A program made the position numbers and the translations under genes. From Methyloceanibacter sp. (GTDB lineage: Bacteria > Pseudomonadota > Alphaproteobacteria > Rhizobiales > Methyloligellaceae): a stretch of DNA of 61,576 bases. The stretch lies in NCBI GenBank assembly GCA_022865725.1, contig JALHTP010000159.1, forward strand, positions 1 through 61,576, given 5' to 3'. The notes under the pieces were generated by a model. It saw only the letters and a program-made list of their open reading frames with translations. It did not search any database and was not told the origin of the DNA. Of this stretch, positions 54,744-61,576 are shown piece by piece (position 1 is the first letter of the stretch; the number at the start of each line of letters is the position of its first letter).

Positions 54744-55694
54744 CTATAGATGATCGACCGGCGGCCGGCCAAAGGGGGCGGCCGCTTCGCCTGTAGGCCA
54801 TTGGCGAACCCTCAAGTCGTCCTCGCTCTCGCGCCAGGCTTCCCAGTTTTCGCCCTTGATGTCTAGGCCGGCCGGCCTTCCCTTCCGGCCGGCATCGCGC
54901 CACGTCCGCAGGCGTTGGCGAACGTAGTCCGTCCCCATTTGTTTCATGTAGAAGGCGCAGCCGATCTCCTTAGATGGCCACGTCTGCTGTTGAATGTCGC
55001 GCGCCCAATCGGGATTGAAGGGCCGCGCGCCAGGACCAGACTCGCCGCCTACGACGATGAGGCTTAGCCGGCCGAGACCGGCCGCGCCGGTCGAGCCGCC
55101 CTGCGGGAATACCGTTAGCCGCGTACCGCGCAGGGCGTCGTAGGTACTACCGGCGCCGTCCGGTAGTCGGATCGTCCGTAGATTCAGCGGGCCAAGTAGG
55201 GGCTCGGCGCTGAGCCATAGCTTCGCCGCCGGTATCTGCGCCAGTAGGGGTAGGCGGATTTCGGCATAATGCTGGTTCTCGACCGATACGCCAAGCCAGA
55301 TGTTCTTGGGCCAGCGGGGTTCGGCGATGTGGCCGCCGTCTCCGACGCCGATGTACGGGTGTACCCACTTCCGCCACTCTGCTAGGCGCTCCGGCCGCTT
55401 CGTGAGTAGTAGGAAGGTATGCCAGTGGGCATCGAACATCGTTAAGAAGACCTGCTCCAAGAAGGCGTCCGGCACGTCGGGGTGGAAAAGGTCGCCCATA
55501 AAGGAGACGGCGTAAGTCTCCGGCTGGCGGCGATGGAGCGGGATTTCTAGGCGCTCGTCGTGGCAGATTACGCTACCCCAGGCCTGGTGGTGGCGGGCGC
55601 CCTGGCGCTTCGCCCAACAATGGGCGCACCCAGGCGAGACCGGCGAGCATCCGGTCTCGGGGTTCCAGCTTTTAGTCGTATAGATGATCCCCAT
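54744..55694 (-). CDS. DUF5131 (phage Gp37/Gp68) family protein
   Basis: WNPETGCSPVSPGCAHCWA, MGDLFH, LTKRP, GGESG. Confidence 0.9.
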   Translation of the reverse strand: MGIIYTTKSWNPETGCSPVSPGCAHCWAKRQGARHHQAWGSVICHDERLEIPLHRRQPETYAVSFMGDLFHPDVPDAFLEQVFLTMFDAHWHTFLLLTKRPERLAEWRKWVHPYIGVGDGGHIAEPRWPKNIWLGVSVENQHYAEIRLPLLAQIPAAKLWLSAEPLLGPLNLRTIRLPDGAGSTYDALRGTRLTVFPQGGSTGAAGLGRLSLIVVGGESGPGARPFNPDWARDIQQQTWPSKEIGCAFYMKQMGTDYVRQRLRTWRDAGRKGRPAGLDIKGENWEAWRESEDDLRVRQWPTGEAAAPFGRPPVDHL

Positions 55695-56031
55695 CAGTCG
55701 CCCTTGGCCGGCCACTCGCCAGTGTCGATCTGGCGGCTAACCTCATCGAGGGCCTTCTTGGTGAGCAGTTTTCGCCAGAATAGAGGGAATGCCCGCTGGT
55801 AGTTAGCGCCAAGCTTTTCACATACCCACCGTGCGCCCGCTAGTTGGCCTCGTAGGTACGCTTCCCGCTCTGCCGCGTCGTCTTCTGCTGCACCCATTAG
55901 GGTCTCCTAGCCTTCGGCCCACGGCCGGCGGAATAGCTTCGCTAGCCAGCGGCGTATCCGCCGGCGCCGGCGCCGGTTCCGCATGGCCCTGCCCCGCGCT
56001 GCGGCCCCTGGGTGGCGATTATGAGCCCCAC

Positions 56032-58185
56032 CTAGGAGAGGCTGGCCGTTGATCCAGCCGGCGTCTTGACTACGGTTACCGTCGTCGGGATCAATTCCCG
56101 TAGCTCGTCGATATGGCTGCTGATCAGCATCAGCCCGAATTCCCCCTTCACCGTCGTCAATGCCTCGATCAAGCCCGTCCGGCCCGCTCCGTCCTGGGAG
56201 CCGAAGCCCTCGTCCATGATTAGTACCCCGCATGGTGCCCTGGCCCTCCGCGCCAGTACCCGTGACAGGGATATCCGTATGCAGAAGTCGATCCTGAAAC
56301 GCTCCCCGCCGCTATAGTTTTCGTAGGGCCTCGTTCCCTGGGGGTCGGCGATGATGATGTCTAGGGTCTCGATGCCCTTCCCTGTCGTCTTCCCCACGCG
56401 CTGAGTGGTCAGATCAATGGTCGTCCCGCTGCTCATTAGCGCGAGTAGCCGATTGGCCTCGTCGCGGATGTTGGGGATCGCGGAGTCTATCAACATCGCC
56501 TGGACGCCGCGCGGCCCGAAGGCGGCCTCTAGCTCGCCGTAGGTGGCGGCCGCCTCGGCTATGGTAGTCCGGCGCTTCTCGGTCTCCCGCGCCCGTAGGT
56601 CGACCTCGGCTAGCTGGTCTAGCCGGCCCTTTAACCCGCTCTGACGGGCTCGGGCATCGTCCAGGGACTGGCGCGCGGCCGCCACATGGCCGACCGCGTC
56701 GATAAGGCGCTGGTGGAAGTCGCCCTGGGATTCGAGCTCTAGGTTCGCCGCGCTAAGGGCATGGTCGGCTTCCTCAAACTGCCGGTCTAGAGTAGCGTAG
56801 TCGGCCCGCCGGCTATCGAGAAGTGGGCCCAGGTCGGCTAGCTGGCGGACGGTCTCCTCTGCCTTGGCAAGCTCAGCCCTAGCCTGGACTAGATCGCGGG
56901 CGGCGGCGCGCGCTTGCGCCATGGCCTCGGGCGTCGGCGCCGGCCCTAGGGCGGCTAGCTCGCTCTCGGCCTCGGTGAAGGCTTCGTTTAGGGTTAGCTG
57001 TTCGGCCTGTAGGCGTTCAAGAGTCGCCTGGGCTATGGCACGGTCGCCGGTTAGCTTCTCGACCATGCGGAAGTGGGCCTCGCCCTTCACGTCCTGGCCG
57101 CAGGTCGGGCAGGTCTCAAGGGTAGCTGGCTCCGCCGGCATGTCTACAATCCGGTTGGCCTCGGTTGCTACCTGCCGGTTAATGCCTTCGCATTGCCGGC
57201 TTAAACCCTCAAGGCGCTGCCTAACCGTAGTGTGGCGGCGCTCGGCCACCTCTAGCTCCATCAGTAGTGCGGCGCGGTCGGCTAGGTCGATGGCCCGCGC
57301 CTGTAGAATGGCTACGGCTGCCGGCGTCGGCGACGCCGCGATCCGGCCTTCGAGGTCGGCGATGTCCTGCTCGGCCTTCCGGCGCTCAAAGGCTAGGCGC
57401 CCGAACTCGGCCTTAACGTGGTCGATCTCCTGGCGTAGGGTAGCCTGGGCGGCGTCGAGGGTGCGCGCTTCCGCCTCGGCGTCTAGGGACGCCGCCAGGA
57501 CCTCGGAGAGCCCCGACACGTGGACGTCCATCTCGGCTAACTCGGCCCGCACGGCCGGCTCCGCTTCAAGTAGCTCTCGGGCCTGCCCAATGGCCGCATC
57601 GGCGGCCTCCACTTCCCCCGTGGCGCGTCTGTTGCGGTCGTGGGCTATATCGGCCCATCCCTGCCACGCTCCAAGCCCTAGGAGGCTGACTAGTACCGTC
57701 TTACGGTCGCCTGGGCCGGCCGTGGTGAACTGGTCGGCCTTACCTTGGACTAGGCAGGCGGTGTTGATGAAGGTGCGGTAGTCCATGCCGACGATCTGCG
57801 TGATTAGCTCCTGGGTCTCGCGGATCGTCTCGCGGGTCAGGCGCGTCTTCTCGTCCCCCTCGCTCGGGTCGACCTCTAGGGTTAGGGCGCTAGTGCCGGC
57901 GCGGCCGTCCTTGGGTAGCCGCCGCCGGCGGATCGCGCGGTAGACGCTACCGCCAGCCTCGAAGTAGAGGGTAACGCTGCACTCATCGGCGCCCTGGCGG
58001 ACGATGTCGTCGTCGCTGCGGGCTCTACTCTCCCCCCACAACGCCCATGTTAGCGCATCGACCGCCAGGGCGGATTTACCGGCGCCGTTCTCGCCTGCTA
58101 GGGCGATGATATGGCTCCCTCGGAAGTCGATATCGGCGCTGGCGTAGGATAGGAAGTCGTTTAGGATCAGTCGGTGTGGAATCAT
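56032..58185 (-). CDS. sbcC: SbcC/Rad50-like SMC ATPase
   Basis: GENGAGKS, CPTC hook, YSGGE, MDEGFGSQD. Confidence 0.92.
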   Translation of the reverse strand: MIPHRLILNDFLSYASADIDFRGSHIIALAGENGAGKSALAVDALTWALWGESRARSDDDIVRQGADECSVTLYFEAGGSVYRAIRRRRLPKDGRAGTSALTLEVDPSEGDEKTRLTRETIRETQELITQIVGMDYRTFINTACLVQGKADQFTTAGPGDRKTVLVSLLGLGAWQGWADIAHDRNRRATGEVEAADAAIGQARELLEAEPAVRAELAEMDVHVSGLSEVLAASLDAEAEARTLDAAQATLRQEIDHVKAEFGRLAFERRKAEQDIADLEGRIAASPTPAAVAILQARAIDLADRAALLMELEVAERRHTTVRQRLEGLSRQCEGINRQVATEANRIVDMPAEPATLETCPTCGQDVKGEAHFRMVEKLTGDRAIAQATLERLQAEQLTLNEAFTEAESELAALGPAPTPEAMAQARAAARDLVQARAELAKAEETVRQLADLGPLLDSRRADYATLDRQFEEADHALSAANLELESQGDFHQRLIDAVGHVAAARQSLDDARARQSGLKGRLDQLAEVDLRARETEKRRTTIAEAAATYGELEAAFGPRGVQAMLIDSAIPNIRDEANRLLALMSSGTTIDLTTQRVGKTTGKGIETLDIIIADPQGTRPYENYSGGERFRIDFCIRISLSRVLARRARAPCGVLIMDEGFGSQDGAGRTGLIEALTTVKGEFGLMLISSHIDELRELIPTTVTVVKTPAGSTASLS

Positions 58186-58187
58186 CG

Positions 58188-58646
58188 TTAGCCTTCTTTC
58201 CGGTGATGAGATTGAAGCTGGCTACACGTCCGGCAATAGCGCTTCCCATTAGTGACGCGGGTGTTGGCTTCGTCGTAGGGATGGCCCTGTGGGCAATGGG
58301 TTCGCCTACTACCGCCCCCGCGACGCTTCGCCGCCATGTCGGCTAGGTTATCGGCCTGGGTTCCCGTCCAAAGGTGGTTGGGGTTACAGCAGGACGGGTT
58401 ATCGCAAGTGTGGAGAATGTAGGGTTTATCGGCTGGCGGGTCGCCGAATGTTAGGCGATAGGCCAGAACGTGGGTGCCGATCTTTTGGAGAGAGCCGTCC
58501 GTGCGACTACCGACCCACACCCGCCCATAGCCGTGTTTGTCGGTGAACCTTACCCAGGGCCAGCAGGCGTTCGGCCCGCCCGAACGGTCAACCCCGCTAA
58601 GTAATTTCTGTAAGGCATCGTCGGCGTGGGGAATCGGCACTGACAC
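58188..58646 (-). CDS. HNH homing endonuclease inserted between sbcD and sbcC
   Basis: CWPW, HTCDNPSCCNPNHL..N, CPQGH..CRTC. Confidence 0.85.
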   Translation of the reverse strand: MSVPIPHADDALQKLLSGVDRSGGPNACWPWVRFTDKHGYGRVWVGSRTDGSLQKIGTHVLAYRLTFGDPPADKPYILHTCDNPSCCNPNHLWTGTQADNLADMAAKRRGGGSRRTHCPQGHPYDEANTRVTNGKRYCRTCSQLQSHHRKEG

Positions 58647-58663
58647 CCCCCTTTCGTTCCTGC

Positions 58664-58693
58664 ATAGTAGCCGTAGCGGCTACCGTATGTCAA
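58664..58693 (-). promoter_or_regulatory. sigma70-type promoter with operator
   Basis: TTGACA-18-TACTAT, palindrome at 58668-58682. Confidence 0.8.
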
Positions 58694-58700
58694 GGGCCGG

Positions 58701-59975
58701 CTAGTCGACGGGCTTCCCCGCCATGAGTTCTAGGCCGGCCGTCCATAGGCGGCGGCACCGCGTTTCGTCTGGTTCCTTCGCCGCTAGGAAGCGCCACAGC
58801 GCATCGGGCGCTTCCATGGCTTCGACGTTCTCGATGTTTTCCCACCGCCGGCCCGCATCCGGCGCTTCGCGTAAGAGTCCGGCGATCCACCAGGCGCCGG
58901 CTTCGCGTAGGGCTTGGGCCGCCGCGCCTTCATCGAAGGCCGCTGCCTGTTCAGCCGTGCCGAACACTATCCTCATTCGGACTACCGCGTCGGCGATCTG
59001 CGGCTGACTCGTCTTAATCGTCTCGGCGATGGCCCAATTAACCGATTCCGGCGAGAAGGCCGGATCGAAGGTAGGGCTAAGCGTCACAAAGGGCCGGTCG
59101 GGGATGGTGTGGGGCGTAGCCGTTGCGAGCCCGCCGTCGCTGTCGATCTCGAACGTCCAGAACATCTTGTCCTGGCCTTCCTCTCCGAAGTCGATACGGG
59201 CGATGGAGCCGCAGTAAAAGGCTACAGGATGGCCGATTAGGAAGCCGCCGTGGTGGTAGTGGCCAAAGATCGCTACGGCGACCTCGGGCGGGATATCGCG
59301 CGGAGTGATCGTGGGCTCATACCCTAGGGTCATCCACCGCTCGCTGCCCTGGTCGGCGCCGGCGACGGCTAGGTGGGCTATGAGGACCTGGCGGTGGTCT
59401 GTGGGCTTACAGAGATCGGCGATCCTACTCCGTAGGGCCGCGTCGGCGGCGGCGCAGACCTCGTCGTAGGGCATGTCGCCCATGGCCGGCAGAAGGTTAC
59501 GGACGCGCGGCCACGGTATGCCGATTAGGTCAACGTCCTCGCCGTTCCGTAGTCTTACGAGTTCGCGGCGCGGGTGGTTGAACGTAACGACCTGCCCACC
59601 TTCCGGTAAGCGGGCAAATGATCCGTCGCCGGTCTCTAGCAGGCTGATGGTATCGAGGACATTAGCGCGGAAGATGTCGGCGTCGCCTTCATGGTTACCC
59701 CTAGCGATGGCTACCGTGATACCGGCCTCGACAAGCCGGCGAAGCTGGTAGAGAAATAGGTATAGCGTCCGTTGGGGCGGGTTCCGGTGCTTGAAAATGT
59801 CGCCGGCGATAGCGAATAGGTGGGCCTCTGTCTCGATGGCATGGTCTACCGCCCGCTCAAAGTTGTCGAGGAAGTCCTTTAGCCGGCGCGGGGCGCCGGC
59901 CTCGTCTAGGCCGCCCACGTTGTCGATCCCTAGGTGGAGATCGGCGACGGCTACGCCTCGGATGATCGCTGTCAT
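58701..59975 (-). CDS. sbcD: SbcD/Mre11-like nuclease
   Basis: ADLHLG, AGDIF, GNHE, GHYH, YCGS..DFGE; start MTAII at 59975. Confidence 0.92.
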   Translation of the reverse strand: MTAIIRGVAVADLHLGIDNVGGLDEAGAPRRLKDFLDNFERAVDHAIETEAHLFAIAGDIFKHRNPPQRTLYLFLYQLRRLVEAGITVAIARGNHEGDADIFRANVLDTISLLETGDGSFARLPEGGQVVTFNHPRRELVRLRNGEDVDLIGIPWPRVRNLLPAMGDMPYDEVCAAADAALRSRIADLCKPTDHRQVLIAHLAVAGADQGSERWMTLGYEPTITPRDIPPEVAVAIFGHYHHGGFLIGHPVAFYCGSIARIDFGEEGQDKMFWTFEIDSDGGLATATPHTIPDRPFVTLSPTFDPAFSPESVNWAIAETIKTSQPQIADAVVRMRIVFGTAEQAAAFDEGAAAQALREAGAWWIAGLLREAPDAGRRWENIENVEAMEAPDALWRFLAAKEPDETRCRRLWTAGLELMAGKPVD

Positions 59976-60017
59976 GGCACCCCCCTTTGCTACTCTACTA
60001 TCCGTTACGGCCTGGGC

Positions 60018-60047
60018 ATGATAGCCGATACGGCTATCGCCTGTCAA
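60018..60047 (-). promoter_or_regulatory. sigma70-type promoter with operator
   Basis: TTGACA-18-TATCAT, palindrome at 60022-60036. Confidence 0.8.
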
Positions 60048-60534
60048 GGCCCTTAAGGACGTGGCATAGGTAGGCCGGCGGTAAGATGATCGCCGGATTT
60101 ACGATCCGCTCCTCGACCGTCTCGCTCACTCCGGCAGGTAGGGTTCGTCGGGGGTCATTCAGGGCCAAGGTATGCGTTGTCCAGATCATGATCCCGTCGT
60201 GTAGCGCGTCCAGGATCGCCTTAGTCCCGTAGCGGCGGACTAGAGCTCGGGCGCCGAAGCGGAAGCTAAGGTGGCGATACATCCACTCGGCTAGGCGTTC
60301 CTCTGATGAGCTCAGCCGGCGCGGCGCCGGTAGGGCCGGCCGTCTAGCCGGCACCGTGCGGCGCTGGCGGGTGCCTTTAGGGCGGGGCTCAGGTAGGGCA
60401 AATTGGGGAGCGTGGATGTCGAGGACGTTCGGTGGGAGAGGGCGGGGTTGACGTACCGGCAGGCCGCTTGGCATAATAGCGGAGTCCTTTCCCTTGCTGC
60501 GATAGGGATGGTAGCGGGCCGATGGTAACCCCAC
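60034..60534 (-). CDS. Hypothetical protein (true start probably MPSGL)
   Basis: TTGACG-17-TACCAT promoter at 60522-60550 overlaps the track start. Confidence 0.5.
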   Translation of the reverse strand: MGLPSARYHPYRSKGKDSAIMPSGLPVRQPRPLPPNVLDIHAPQFALPEPRPKGTRQRRTVPARRPALPAPRRLSSSEERLAEWMYRHLSFRFGARALVRRYGTKAILDALHDGIMIWTTHTLALNDPRRTLPAGVSETVEERIVNPAIILPPAYLCHVLKGLDRR

Positions 60535-60578
60535 CGGCCCGCTGCGTCAAGGTAGATTAAAGGGGTAGCCGCGTTAGC

Positions 60579-61238
60579 CTAATCGCCGCCTTCCCCTTCC
60601 CCGTCGCCGGCCGGCAGGTCGCTAGGCTCCGGCTCCGGCTCGACCTCCGGCTCGAACTCCGGCTCGGGCTCCGCGCCCTCAAGGGCTTCCGGTGGGCCGC
60701 CAGCCTGTCGCTTCGCCTCTAGCTCGGCTAGGCACATCGGGCATCCTATGTTGGGTAGGAGCCGGTGGACGCCCTCATTATGCTCGGCGATAATCTCGCC
60801 GATGTCCCACTCCGGCGGCGCTTCCCCTAGCGCCGGCTGGCGGACGCCGCCACGGATGATAACGTCGTGTTGCTTACCCCGCGCACCCCAAAGCGTCGGC
60901 AGGCTTTCAGGGTCGGGGTTAGGTACATCGAGGATGATCCGTAGAAGCGTTCCCTTCGGCTCCCAATCGGCTACATTGGCCCGAAAGGCTAGCTGGATCG
61001 CGCCGGCCTGCGGTTTCCAGCCGCGTAGGCCGATGACTTCGCGGAGCCGGCCCAGGACGGCCCCTAGCTGCGATAGGGCTGCGTCGACATCGCCGGCGTT
61101 AGCGTTCTGGATGTCGCCGATGATATCGCCGACCCCGTCCTCGCTATCGAGGAGTTGGAGCGCCCACCTATATTCCGTTATGTTCACCACCCCTGGTATG
61201 TCCGCCTTGGGTTCGTCCTTATCAGTCCCTTTCGCCAA
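60579..61238 (-). CDS. Hypothetical acidic protein
   Basis: AAGGAG RBS; EP-rich tail. Confidence 0.6.
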   Translation of the reverse strand: MAKGTDKDEPKADIPGVVNITEYRWALQLLDSEDGVGDIIGDIQNANAGDVDAALSQLGAVLGRLREVIGLRGWKPQAGAIQLAFRANVADWEPKGTLLRIILDVPNPDPESLPTLWGARGKQHDVIIRGGVRQPALGEAPPEWDIGEIIAEHNEGVHRLLPNIGCPMCLAELEAKRQAGGPPEALEGAEPEPEFEPEVEPEPEPSDLPAGDGEGEGGD

Positions 61239-61260
61239 GTCCGGTCTCCTTCCTTTGACG

Positions 61261-61435
61261 CTATTCCGGCGGCTCCGCCGGCGCCAGCTTGACTAGCTGC
61301 TCCCATGCCTTCGGGCAGTCCGTGATCTCCCCGATGTCCTTGAAGTTCAGCGCCGCTAGGATGGCGGCGGTATTCCGGTAGTGTAGATGCTCAATCGCAT
61401 GGCGGATCAGGCCGTCCCTGGTCTCCGGCGCCCGG
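61261..61435 (-). CDS. 3' end of the RecT/Bet-like gene (continuation from position 1)
   Basis: In frame across the circular junction (1130+175 = 1305 nt). Confidence 0.75.
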
Positions 61436-61576
61436 ACTAGGCCGCCGCCTACAGGCGGGCGGCTCTGGCGCCGCCCTGGTGCCGGCGTGGCCGGCGTAGT
61501 GCGGGCCATAGGGTCGGGAACGGGCGCTGGCGCCGGCGCTGGCGTAGGCGCGGGCTCAGGCTCGACGCCCTGTTTG
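61436..61576. repeat. Terminal direct repeat (assembly overlap), copy 2
   Basis: Identical to 1-141. Confidence 0.95.

Noticed and set aside
61436-61576. 141-bp terminal repeat as a biological phage DTR
   Set aside because: It lies mid-gene and its length equals a common assembler k-mer; it indicates circular assembly only
1-61576. Stop-codon reassignment suggested by abundant TAG/CTAG
   Set aside because: Minus-strand genes are full length under code 11, many end at TAG and tile tightly

Overview
This window is almost certainly one complete, circularly assembled tailed-phage genome: 61,435 bp unique plus a 141-bp assembly overlap. It is GC-rich, siphovirus-like, and essentially all genes lie on the minus strand; I recognised no integrase, primase/helicase or replicative polymerase. 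Modules: recombination (RecT/Bet-like, SbcCD, RusA-like), lysis, a phage sigma factor, tail and head genes, a ~10 kb glycosyltransferase/methyltransferase island, HldA/HldC-like heptose enzymes, terminase and many small accessory genes. The standout is 39.5-41.76 kb: a stand-alone Cas7/RAMP-like gene and a ParB-like gene sandwiched between two non-coding arrays of GGY-NN pentamers, divided into about 10 units by a GGCGA-GGCG register shift. Reading only the variable NN dinucleotides as codon positions 1-2 gives protein-like strings. One spells V-K-E-K-E-L-R-L-A, which is present in this phage's own major capsid protein, but the phage gene differs from it by two synonymous first-position changes. 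Two others resemble tyrosine-integrase motifs. This points to a gapped-code RNA-guided anti-competitor system (VIPR-like). Also present: a type II hammerhead ribozyme, two anticodon-less tRNA mimics (one inside a coding sequence), ten sigma70-type promoters sharing a palindromic operator, five late promoters with a sigma28-like motif, and two frameshifted genes. All gene calls come from motif recognition by eye, not database searches.
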